In this document: positions 53,167 through 62,240 of the stretch, piece by piece | How the letters are laid out: each line of letters starts with the position of its first letter | How positions within the stretch are numbered: the stretch's first letter is position 1 | Source: Oligoflexia bacterium | GTDB lineage: Bacteria > Bdellovibrionota > UBA1018 | Reading direction: 5' to 3' | Assembly: GCA_963758495.1 (NCBI GenBank) | Contig: CAVWVI010000003.1 | Coordinates: forward strand, 1,248,001-1,312,000 | DNA: 64,000 bases | The notes under the pieces: generated by a model | What the model saw: only the letters and a program-made list of their open reading frames with translations | Told to the model about the DNA's origin: nothing | Databases searched by the model: none | Position numbers and translations under genes: made by a program

Positions 53167-53223
53167 GCTCTTCTTAATCTATACAAATCTGGATACGATC
53201 GAGTTTAGATTAAGACGTCTGGT

Positions 53224-54326
53224 TTAACCAGCACATTGAATTTCTTGGGGTTGCGATTGAACGCATCCACTGGCCCGCGAGACGTGAATCCCACTACCGT
53301 GGAACCGCCAAGCCCATCTCTGAGTGGGCTGGAGAATTTTTTCTTTCTCCACTTTCTCCCAGAGTTGGCCCGAGCAAGGCACCTGTAATATTTTTATTTC
53401 CTGAGCAACTTTTTTAAACCCATTCATGGCGGCATTCTCATCCCTGATGTGATGAGTTTTACATTGGCCACATTGCCATTGTCTCACCGAAGGGTCTTGA
53501 GTCGGGCCTGTGGGGTGATCACATTGGGAACAGGTTTTTGTGCTCTTAGCTTCATCCCACTCAAAGTAGTTCTTCCCTTCACGGGTACAAACCCAGCTCA
53601 AAGTTTGCTTGAACTTCCCAATTTGACTTTGGTTATTCATAGAGCGCCTCATTCCAGTGGAGATCCCTCCCCCACGAGGAGTGTAGTCGCCTACTGCAAT
53701 AAAATCATAGCGTTTCACCAGAGCATTGGAGATTGCATAGAGGGCTGACTTAATCTTTTCTCGTTTCACCCGATACAACTCATCCAAGTATTTTTGAAAG
53801 AACTTCCATCTTCGGGATGGTCGCGTCATCTTACTTCCATCTTCTCTTTTTATTAAAACTGAGTTTTTATTACATCGATCTCTCCTTGCTTTAATTTCAT
53901 CTATTCTTTGATCCAAAGACTTTACGAACCAAAGATTTTCAATTTCGACCCCATTGGCTTCCGTATCAATGAGATATCCTAGATTTTTATGGTTGGGATC
54001 TATGACTGCTACTGAGTTTATTTCGGCAATCGGAGCAGGCATTGTTTTATTGATGCTCAGGTAGCTGACGAACAAGCCCCTTCTTTTTTAATTCGAATGC
54101 CAGTGAATGAAAGAAGCTTTCGAATCGAGAGTAACTTTTCTTTGGATTTTTCTTTTTTCTTCTGTGCCTTCATTCTTTTATGCTCTTTTTCCGCATGAAG
54201 AAGTTGATCCGCTACGGACTCAGGCATCTCTTGAATCTCGATCCTATGCTTCAGGGGGCCTTCCTTGTTTTCACCTAACGATAAATCTAAGTACCATTGA
54301 TGGTTCACTCGCTTGATGCTGTACCC
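53224..54326 (-). CDS. tnpB: TnpB exon 2 (RuvC and Zn finger), 1-nt frameshift near 54078
   Basis: GYSIKRVNHQWYL... then VIDPNHKN, VGDY, WDEAKSTKTCSQC, CGQC, RDENAAMN. Confidence 0.85.
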
Positions 54327-56739
54327 GTCGAGTAAGAGGGATGTATTGCTACATCCCCCTCCTCTCAGAACCGTACGTGATACTTATCGCATCATACGGC
54401 TCAAGCAGATTGCTCACTTCTTTTAAAGTTATCTTTAGTTTCTTTAAGGTTCTGTCGGCGATGTTTGTTTCTGAGTTGCTGACAGTCGTAGTGCATGAGG
54501 TAACGGTTCTCAGCTAGTGGAGAGCCTCCAACTTTAGGACGAATAATTGGATATTCAAGAAGCCCTTCTCCGTTCAGTAAATCATTCCCACATTCTGGGC
54601 AGCGGAATTCCTGCCTTTTTGCGAGGATTTTCTGCTGTGGTTTGAGGTTCTTGATGTCTTTTCGTTTCCGTGATTCCCAATATGATTTTAGGCTCGGATC
54701 GTCAGGAGAAGAGCTTCCTTTGACCAACGTATGACGTTCAATAGGAAACCAATTGAATCGTAACATGTAGGCTCCGGTTTCTTTATCCCCGAATACCCAT
54801 TTATCGTTACGCTTTTCATTGAATTTCCCCCAGTATCTATTGCGCATCCATCGCATTGATTTATTGGGGTGTCGATATTTTACATATCGCATTTCCCGTT
54901 TGAACATCCAATTATCCATCTTACCGAAGATACGTTTTGCACAACTGGTTCTGAAGTAATTAGCCCACCCACGAATGATAGAGTTGAATTTTCCTATTAT
55001 CTCAATGGGAGAGTTCCCTTTCATTGAAAGCCATTTATCCTTCAGGTTCTTGCGAAGCTTCATTATGGATGCTTTGCTAGGCTTGATGATCAATTTCTTT
55101 CCAGATCGAGATGAACGAGGTGTGCTATATTGTCGGACATTGAAACCTAGAAAATCAAATCCTTCGGAGATGTGGACTATTCGTGTCTTTTCCTCCGAGA
55201 ATTGAAGTCCTCTTGGTCTTAACCAGTTATCGAGGATCTTACGTGATTTTTCAGCTTCTTCTTTGGATTCACAGAGCACGACTAAATCATCCGCGTATAT
55301 GATCACATCCCTTTTGGGCGAGCCATATTCTACGAATTTGTTATATCTCTGTGAATACCTTTGTTCCTTCAACGCATCTCCGATGCCGTGCAGGGCTATA
55401 TTTAATAATAATGGACTAATGACCCCTCCTTGTGGTGTCCCACTTTCAGTAGGGTTCCATTCCCCATCTTCCATGTATCCTGCTTTTAACCATTGTTTTA
55501 TCAATTCTCTTCCGGGAAATCCCGCAATGGTTTTCAGAAGAAATTCATGATTTATTTCATTAAATGCTCCCTTGAGATCGGCGTCTAAGATCCATTCTCT
55601 TTTGCCTTTACTTGGACGTACGTATCCAAATATTTTCTCTATAGCATCATGACAGCCCCGTCCTGGTCGAAATCCGTAGCATGATCCTTCGAATTTAGCC
55701 TCCCAGTATGGTTCAAGTGCATTCTTGACCATAGCTTGAAGAGAGCGATCGAGAATCACCGGAATTCCTAACGGATGGGGTTGCTTGTTTGCTTTTGGGA
55801 TATATACTCTTCTAGTTGGTTTAGCCTTCCAGAGAGTGTATTCTGATAGAGTATTCAGCAGTTGTCCTCTTTCAAAAGAGTCTTTTGCTACCACCTTATC
55901 GATTCCAGGTGTTTTCTTTCCAGAATTAATTTGCGTTACTCTCCTTACGCTTATAGCGCTGTTGGAGCGTGATCGCAGCATTAGTTTCTGTAGAGATCGT
56001 ACCTTTTTTAGATCTCCTGCTTGAGAAGCCCGAAAGATCCGGTGTCTTAGATTTCTTACAATTCGATTGGCCTCATCCCACTGGATAGATTCCCATTCAA
56101 TTTGTTCTTTGGTTACATTTGCTTGTCTTTTAACTCGCATCTAACTTTTCCCATAAGATTTAGAAACTTCACACCTTACTTTGGACAATCCACCAGACCC
56201 ACGTTAGCTCCCTTTTCAGGGCGGGTATTTTTTTTTCCCTATCTACCGAGTTATGTATTTCTCTTACCTTTCGGTTGGTAGCATTTGCTTCTTAGGTCCT
56301 CCTGTCCCCCAATGAGAATTAGATCTTTCTTGCGATCGACTTACCGAGTTATCTCGGACTCATTTGGGATTCCACGTTCCGCACATATGAGATTCGATAG
56401 GGTTGGGTTTCTTCTGTACTGCGGGAGCTTTGGTGTCTGTGCGCCTTCGCTAACAAGAAGGCTTTCATTTTGGGCTTCTCAACCCCTGCTCCATTTCAAT
56501 CGTCTTTAATTAGCCATCTTCCGATTGTTCGAATTATCGCAGCTTCATCGAAGATTTATTTGCATTAACCCTTTCTATCTTCCTCTAATCTGGTCTCCTA
56601 TTATGGTTATAGGGTCCTTAGACATTACTTCTCGCTTAGAACCCCACTGTTACCAGTGGCGCTCCGGGAAGTGAGGATATACCTAGACACTGGTATAGAG
56701 GCGTTAACCTCACTCATGGTGAGCGACCTCGTGTCGCAC
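54327..56739 (-). mobile_element. Group II intron (2,413 bp) interrupting tnpB
   Basis: 5' end GTGCGACACG at 56739; domain V GAGCCGTATGATGCGATAAGTATCACGTACGGTTC; domain VI hairpin; 3' end CTCGAC at 54327; encodes an RT/maturase. Confidence 0.92.
54401..56140 (-). CDS. ltrA: Group II intron reverse transcriptase/maturase with degenerate HNH domain
   Basis: GKKTPGID, YGFRPGR, GTPQGGVISPLL, YADD, GFDFLGF, maturase RGWANYF; stop codon abuts domain V. Confidence 0.95.
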   Translation of the reverse strand: MRVKRQANVTKEQIEWESIQWDEANRIVRNLRHRIFRASQAGDLKKVRSLQKLMLRSRSNSAISVRRVTQINSGKKTPGIDKVVAKDSFERGQLLNTLSEYTLWKAKPTRRVYIPKANKQPHPLGIPVILDRSLQAMVKNALEPYWEAKFEGSCYGFRPGRGCHDAIEKIFGYVRPSKGKREWILDADLKGAFNEINHEFLLKTIAGFPGRELIKQWLKAGYMEDGEWNPTESGTPQGGVISPLLLNIALHGIGDALKEQRYSQRYNKFVEYGSPKRDVIIYADDLVVLCESKEEAEKSRKILDNWLRPRGLQFSEEKTRIVHISEGFDFLGFNVRQYSTPRSSRSGKKLIIKPSKASIMKLRKNLKDKWLSMKGNSPIEIIGKFNSIIRGWANYFRTSCAKRIFGKMDNWMFKREMRYVKYRHPNKSMRWMRNRYWGKFNEKRNDKWVFGDKETGAYMLRFNWFPIERHTLVKGSSSPDDPSLKSYWESRKRKDIKNLKPQQKILAKRQEFRCPECGNDLLNGEGLLEYPIIRPKVGGSPLAENRYLMHYDCQQLRNKHRRQNLKETKDNFKRSEQSA

Positions 56740-57141
56740 GTTTGCATATTCATCATATTCCAAAGAAAAGAACTTTTTCTTGGACGAGCGAAACTTCGGC
56801 CACCCTACATTTTGTTGCTGATTCTTCGGAAGCTTACGATTTTTTTGAAATCGTTGAATCGATCGAGATAGTCTTAAAGCTGCATTTTTTAAGGGCGCAC
56901 AATGAGAGGTTAGTAAAAAAGGGTGTTCTTTCTTTAGACCAGGTACCAAATTTCTAAGTCCACGTTTCGTGTAAACCGTTTGCGATGCCTCAGAAGAACC
57001 TGTGAGCTTAAACGCTTCTTTCTCCTGATTGGCTCGTTCCAGAAGACGATTGTAAAGCCAATTGCAGATCCTTGACTGACCCTCCAAGGAGTACTCCTGC
57101 TCGGGAGTGAGGTTCAGGGGAATTTTAACCGCAAGCTTCAT
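56740..57141 (-). CDS. tnpB: TnpB exon 1 (134 codons)
   Basis: SRICNWLYNRLL...GWPKFRS...FFSLEYDE; overlaps the tnpA stop by 17 nt. Confidence 0.85.
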
Positions 57142-57745
57142 CAGCAGCCTCTTTCAATGCTTGTACAATTTTTTTATTCTTGTGGCTTCTGGCTCCATAG
57201 AGTCTCGCCGAAAAAACTGTGATGATCTCAAGCACGTCTTGGGCCAACTCTTCTTCAAACGAAAGTTCACTGCTCGCATTCATGATCACTACTTCAGTTT
57301 GAAACTGCTCACAAAGAGAAAATACAAGCTCAGATCCGAATCGTAAAAGGCGATCTTTGTGGGTCAATACAAGCCGATCGACTTCTCCTGAACAGATCTT
57401 TTTCATCAAAAGTCTGAGGTTCTTTTTTTGGAAGTTGAGTCCAGATCCCAGATCACTCAATACTTCATACTGCCAACCTCGAGCTGAACAAAACGACTCA
57501 AGCAATTGAATCTGGCGCTTCAAATCCGAAGTCTGATCTCGACCCGATACACGAGCATAACCAATTGTGCGACGAGCATCCTTCAAAATAGGTCCTGTCG
57601 ATCGAGTTCCAAAGGAAGTTAAATCATATCTTCGATGTCCTCCTGGAGTGCGTTCAGACTGAATTTTTCCGTCCGCTTCCCATCTACGAAGAGTCTCAAT
57701 AGTCACACCTAAAGCCTTAGCTGCTTGGTTTATACTGACTCGCAT
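57125..57745 (-). CDS. tnpA: IS607 TnpA serine recombinase (N-terminal MerR-type HTH)
   Basis: AAKALGVTIETLRRW...RTPGGHRRY, GYARVS, DLGSGLN, HKDRLLRFG, FSARLYG. Confidence 0.95.
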   Translation of the reverse strand: MRVSINQAAKALGVTIETLRRWEADGKIQSERTPGGHRRYDLTSFGTRSTGPILKDARRTIGYARVSGRDQTSDLKRQIQLLESFCSARGWQYEVLSDLGSGLNFQKKNLRLLMKKICSGEVDRLVLTHKDRLLRFGSELVFSLCEQFQTEVVIMNASSELSFEEELAQDVLEIITVFSARLYGARSHKNKKIVQALKEAADEACG

Positions 57746-57817
57746 GATTTCATTGCATTACTTATTTTTATAGATTTGTCTAGATAAGACTATATTTTTT
57801 GATGCTGTTTTATAACC

Positions 57818-57963
57818 CTTCCTATAGCAATGAATTGCTCTGGATCATCTGAACGATAGTTGACGCAATGAGGACCATAGAAAAGCTCCTTCACTTCCTC
57901 AAATCCGATACCTCGTGTTCTTCGGACTAATTCACTTTTTACCATATCAAATTTAAACCGCAC
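57818..57963 (-). pseudogene. brnT-type toxin, 5' part
   Basis: GTG start, RFKFDMVKSELVRRTRGIGFEEVKELF...DDPEQFIAIG, cut by the IS607 left end. Confidence 0.75.
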
Positions 57964-58039
57964 ACAAAAATGGTATAACAGATATACTATAATTGCAACG
58001 CCCAGAGCTGATGACTCATTCTCATAAAAACTTGTCCTA

Positions 58040-58640
58040 CCGACATCGAGGCCATACCTGGGGCACTCCGAGCGACTTAATGGAGGGGCTTATTTTGGCT
58101 GGTGAGACACTTACGAGAGCCTTCTTTGCAATAAAACGGAACCACAATCCGTCTACCCATGGAGGAGGTGCCTCGTTTTGTTCCGCTTTGGAGTTTGGGG
58201 TAGTGAGATGTGAGGTGTGGTGATACCAGGGGATATTTATTATTTATATTAAGTTTAGTATGCGCTCTTTTAGATAACTTCTCCTATGAGTTGCCTAAAA
58301 CCTGAAATAAAGAAGTGACCTACCGGCTAGTTGGTCAGTTTATTTCACATTCCAAGAAAAATATCGTTGAAGCACTTTGTGCGCGTTCCGCAGGCAAAAA
58401 GAAATATTGTTTATAGAAGGAATGAGACTGGAAAGCCTTACAACACCCCATAACTCACTGCCACTACTTCCAATAACGCACCTCTCCACTTTCTCCATAG
58501 AAAAACAAAACGAGCCCCCCTTGGCAAGCCGGATTGCGGTCCCGTTTTATTGCAAAGAAGGCTCTCGTAAGTGTCTCACCAGCCAAAATAAGCCCCTCCA
58601 TTAAGTCGCTCGGAGTGCTTCAGTATGACCTCGACGTCGG
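58040..58640. repeat. Long inverted repeat pair (~140-bp arms, 77-bp perfect core) around a ~320-bp spacer
   Basis: 58063-58139 is the exact reverse complement of 58542-58618; imperfect similarity extends on both sides. Confidence 0.9.
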
Positions 58641-58699
58641 AAACGGTCGCACTGGATTGGATTCTAACTTGAATGCGGCGCGGCCGTACTTCTACCTCG

Positions 58700-58839
58700 T
58701 TTAGGTGCATCCAGAGATTCAAGCCATGAAACAAAATCGGGCTGAAGTCTGTCCCGAAAATACGACTCCACCAGACCGCTCCAGCCCAGACTGTATAGGT
58801 CATAGGGATGTAAAGGTGCGCGCATAGGGCTGGGTCCAA
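58700..58839 (-). pseudogene. Short fragment of a TMTC-like membrane glycosyltransferase gene
   Basis: LYIPMTYTVW...PILFHGLNLWMHLN resembles YYPLT...PFVFHLTSLILHVIN of the gene at 37410..39060. Confidence 0.45.
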
Positions 58840-58961
58840 AACTCCAAAATTGACTGCCCTGAAAGTCGAAGAAAATGGGGGTTTTCTAAAAGTAGTTCAG
58901 AAATTCATAAGTTAAAGTTTGGCCATAAAGCGCGCATACCATAGCTGATAGCAACTCACAT

Positions 58962-59336
58962 TTATTTTTTTAGACTCGGACAATACCCAGGTCGAGGTCC
59001 GATCTTTGGAAATGACCGGCAAACTTCCGGTCTTTTTTCATAAACAGTACAGCGTCGATTTTTATCTAAATAAATGCAATCTCGGCCAGCCCTCTGCTCA
59101 AGAACAAAGAGCTGTGACTTGGCTTGAAATGCTTGGATAATTCCTTCTCGCATCAATCGTCTGGCTACTTTTTTTAAGGATTCTGCAGCCTCATCTTCAG
59201 TAATCAGCTCCAAACGCATCAGATCTCGGGCACTGACCTCCACGGGGAGGGTACAGCAACCCGACCAACAGCCCTCACACATCCCTTTTTTATACTTAAG
59301 CCAAGTTGAAGGCTCCTGAATTTGCACATGCTCCAT
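58962..59336 (-). CDS. YkgJ-family cysteine-cluster (CxxCxxxCC) protein
   Basis: CEGCWSGCC...CIYLD...CTVYEKRPEVCRSFP. Confidence 0.85.
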   Translation of the reverse strand: MEHVQIQEPSTWLKYKKGMCEGCWSGCCTLPVEVSARDLMRLELITEDEAAESLKKVARRLMREGIIQAFQAKSQLFVLEQRAGRDCIYLDKNRRCTVYEKRPEVCRSFPKIGPRPGYCPSLKK

Positions 59337-59357
59337 GTAAGTAATTCCTTGCAGTAC

Positions 59358-60347
59358 TTATTTAGCAGAAGCGGGTTCGTAAATCTGCTCAAAAAGAGCC
59401 CGAGTAAATGCTCGTCTATCATTCTCACTTGCCCCACAGAACACTCCACTTGATGTCAGTTCTATATGATCTGCCTGAACAATTCCCAAATCGACTCCAA
59501 ATTCCTCTAATTCGGGTTTGAATTTTTGTGCATCAGACAATAAAAGTCCGTCGTTTTTTTGCCCTGTCGAATCGAGATTAATACCGAATATTTTCCATAA
59601 TATCCGCACTCCAATACTCAATTCTCCCTTTTCCTTATAGCTCCTTAAATAAAAGATTTTATCGGAAATTTCCTTTTGCTTTTGCGCAACGACTTCATCT
59701 CCCAGGCTTCCAAATTCTTGTTTTAAATAAAATTTAAACTCTTGAAAAGCCTTTTCAAACCGCTGCTGAGAAGCAGCTTCTTTCATTTCTTTTACTGAAT
59801 CACCCCAAAATTTCATGGTCATCGTCGACATAAAGTTCTTGTGCGGTTCAGATAAAAACGCACAGCCCCCAATGGGGGCCTGAATCAGCACTACACGGTC
59901 TACAATATTCTTTAAAATCAAGTCAGAATGTTTCAAAATCAAATAAAGAACTGCCGCTCCCCCTTTACTATGCGCCACTAGAACCAAAGGTTGACTTGTT
60001 TCTTCACTTATTTCGAGTATTTTTTTATAAAGACATTCTGCGCTTTTATTTTCAGAATACCAAGAGGAAGGCCCATAATAAGTGGCTTTCATTCCCAACT
60101 CACTTTCAACTGTCTCTTGACTTGTTTTATAGTAAACTGAATAAAAGTAATTAAATTCATTTCCAAACCCTGAAATAAAGAGGACCTGTCTCTCTTTTAA
60201 GGTATGGAGAACTTCTTCCCTCATCCCACTCATCGGACTAACCTTCTCTAGCTCCCATCTTTTAGCAAACTCATCTTGAGCGCATACCCACTGGGGTGAG
60301 AACCAAAAACTCAATACAAACAACAAGTAGAGCCACACCGCTTTCAT
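59358..60347 (-). CDS. Secreted alpha/beta hydrolase (lipase-like)
   Basis: Signal peptide from Met 60347; nucleophile elbow AHSKGG; NDG and ADH as candidate Asp/His. Confidence 0.7.
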   Translation of the reverse strand: MKAVWLYLLFVLSFWFSPQWVCAQDEFAKRWELEKVSPMSGMREEVLHTLKERQVLFISGFGNEFNYFYSVYYKTSQETVESELGMKATYYGPSSWYSENKSAECLYKKILEISEETSQPLVLVAHSKGGAAVLYLILKHSDLILKNIVDRVVLIQAPIGGCAFLSEPHKNFMSTMTMKFWGDSVKEMKEAASQQRFEKAFQEFKFYLKQEFGSLGDEVVAQKQKEISDKIFYLRSYKEKGELSIGVRILWKIFGINLDSTGQKNDGLLLSDAQKFKPELEEFGVDLGIVQADHIELTSSGVFCGASENDRRAFTRALFEQIYEPASAK

Positions 60348-60436
60348 CGTGGATGGAGCATTTATGCGACCTGCCAAAAAAGTGCAAACAAAATGTGAGT
60401 CTTGACACTTTGTCTTAGACAAGACAAAAAGAGAGC

Positions 60437-61510
60437 ATGACAAAATTTGATCCCAATGCTGCAGCTTCAGAAGAGTCCGGTATCTTCGGCTTACCTTTTA
60501 CCGAAGATGAATCCGCACTTGTTTTCCTACCTGTTCCTTGGGAAGCCACAACTTCTTACGGGGGAGGAACTTCCTCTGGACCTTCCGCGATTTTTGAAGC
60601 AAGCAAACAAGTTGATCTTTATGACCTAGACGTTCTTCGACCTTATGAGCCTGGATTATTTATGATTCCAGAATCACAAAAACTAAAGGATTGGAACGAG
60701 ATTGCAAAACGCCATGCTCAACAAGTCATCGAAGTGGGTGGACTCATCGGCGAAAGCAAGGATCTGCAAAAGGATCTTGAGATTGTCAATGACTGGAGCA
60801 ACGAACTCAATCAGTATGTGTACAAAGAAACAAAACGACTTCTCCAAGCCGAAAAGTTAATTGGAATTATCGGAGGCGATCACTCGGTTCCTTTTGGTGC
60901 TCTTCAAGCAATTGCCGAAAAGCATACTTCTTTTGGAATTCTTCATTTTGATGCACATTCTGATACCCGACGTGCGTATGAGGGCTTCACCTTTTCCCAT
61001 GCCTCCATTATGTATAACGTTTTGGAAAATATTCCAGCCGTGAAAAAATTAGTTCAAGTGGGCATTCGAGACATCAGCGAAGATGAGGTCAACTACACAC
61101 TCAAACAAAAAGACAGAATGAGCGTTTTCTACGATCGTGATTTAGCTCGAAGAAAAATGAAAGGCACAAGCTGGAGCACCCTTTCAGAAGAGATTGTTTC
61201 AACCCTCCCTGAACTTGTGTGGGTTTCATTTGACATTGACGGCCTTGATCCTCGCTTTTGCCCCCATACAGGAACGCCGGTTCCGGGTGGACTCGATTTC
61301 CATGAAGCAAATTATCTGCTCTCTACTTTAGTGAAATCTGGTAAAAAAATTATTGGATTTGATTTGAATGAGGTTGCCCCCAATCTGGAAAATACGAATG
61401 ACGAATGGGATGCGAATGTAGGAGCACGATTGCTTTATAAACTCTCCAGCTGGACTCTTGCGAGTCAAGGAAAGGCTCAATTGCAGCAGGATGTCCATCC
61501 TACTCCCTAA
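60437..61510 (+). CDS. speB: Agmatinase (ureohydrolase family)
   Basis: GGDHS, HFDAHSD, SFDIDGLDP, GTPVPGG. Confidence 0.9.
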   Translation: MTKFDPNAAASEESGIFGLPFTEDESALVFLPVPWEATTSYGGGTSSGPSAIFEASKQVDLYDLDVLRPYEPGLFMIPESQKLKDWNEIAKRHAQQVIEVGGLIGESKDLQKDLEIVNDWSNELNQYVYKETKRLLQAEKLIGIIGGDHSVPFGALQAIAEKHTSFGILHFDAHSDTRRAYEGFTFSHASIMYNVLENIPAVKKLVQVGIRDISEDEVNYTLKQKDRMSVFYDRDLARRKMKGTSWSTLSEEIVSTLPELVWVSFDIDGLDPRFCPHTGTPVPGGLDFHEANYLLSTLVKSGKKIIGFDLNEVAPNLENTNDEWDANVGARLLYKLSSWTLASQGKAQLQQDVHPTP

Positions 61511-61671
61511 AGATCTTAGGGGTCTTTCATCTAAGATTTCAATAAGTTATGTCTATTTTGCATTGTCGTAAAGGTCCTTACCAGAATGCCTGGCATTTTG
61601 CCTAATGACCCTTATCCTACAAGAAAAAGGAGTTGATTTAATCTGTGATTGGTATTACTATTAGTATTACT

Positions 61672-61911
61672 ATGAAGTACTCAAAAATAGCCATATCAGT
61701 TCCTACAGAGCTATTAATTAAAGTAGACCGCCTCGTCAAAGAGAGTCGGTTCCCTAGCCGTAGCTTCGCTATTCAACAAGCGATTGAAGACGAATTAAAA
61801 CATCTTGACCGTACAAGTCTTGCCTATGCATGTAGTCAATTAAATCTAAAAGAAGAGCAAAGTATGGCGGAAGAGGGAAGCGAGGATCTTACAGAGTGGC
61901 CAGAATACTAA
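61672..61911 (+). CDS. Ribbon-helix-helix antitoxin
   Basis: KIAISVP...VDRLV...SRSFAIQQAI; GTATTACTA x2 just upstream. Confidence 0.8.
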   Translation: MKYSKIAISVPTELLIKVDRLVKESRFPSRSFAIQQAIEDELKHLDRTSLAYACSQLNLKEEQSMAEEGSEDLTEWPEY

Positions 61912-62234
61912 GGGGCGATGTTTATTGGGCTGACCTCGATCCTACACGTGGCAATGAGCAGCAGGGAAAAAGACCTATACTCATTTTAAGCCAAGATATC
62001 TTTAATGAGAGATCAGGAACAGTCATTGCTGTTGCCCTCACTAGCCAACCCCAGAGAGCACCATTCCCCCTCACATTAGAGCTTTCAAATCCAAAGCTAC
62101 CTAAAAAATCTTGGGTTAAGATTAGCCAAATTAGACCGCTCTCTACAGAAAGGCTCATAAAAAAGATTTGCCGCCTGACTCCAGAAGAACTTTCTCAAAT
62201 ACTAGAAGGCCTAAACGAGATTATTGGAGGCTAA
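61896..62234 (+). CDS. mazF: MazF/PemK family toxin
   Basis: RGDVYWADLDPTRGNEQQGKRPILILS...SQIRPLSTERL. Confidence 0.9.
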   Translation: MARILRGDVYWADLDPTRGNEQQGKRPILILSQDIFNERSGTVIAVALTSQPQRAPFPLTLELSNPKLPKKSWVKISQIRPLSTERLIKKICRLTPEELSQILEGLNEIIGG

Positions 62235-62240
62235 AAATCG

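Larger units (their letters stand above)
53167..57817 (-). mobile_element. IS607-family element (tnpA + tnpB), ~2.24 kb without the intron, inserted at a GG dinucleotide in brnT
   Basis: Minus-strand junctions ATAGGAAG-GG-TTATAAAAC...GAAGAGC-GG-CAAAATCT; removal restores the in-frame IGRAKSNLY; inverted subterminal motif TCTT(A)ATCTA(G/T)ACAAATCT at both ends. Confidence 0.85.

Noticed and set aside
54070..54095. Programmed -1 frameshift in tnpB at AAAAAAG
   Set aside because: The run is phased ATT AAA AAA GAA, not A AAA AAG. A missing G in the adjacent G4 run explains the shift and fits the other small indels in the window.
17546..56140. Complete diversity-generating retroelement (CLec target plus RT)
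   Set aside because: The only RT is embedded in a canonical group II intron, and I found no adenine-variant template repeat in the window.
53167..57817. IStron (group I intron-IS607 chimera)
   Set aside because: Only ~70 bp lie between the left end and tnpA, leaving no room for a group I core; the intron present is group II and internal.
57993..58604. Short ORFs 57993..58223 and 58377..58604 as genes
   Set aside because: They overlap the inverted-repeat arms, use weak starts and have no recognisable motifs.
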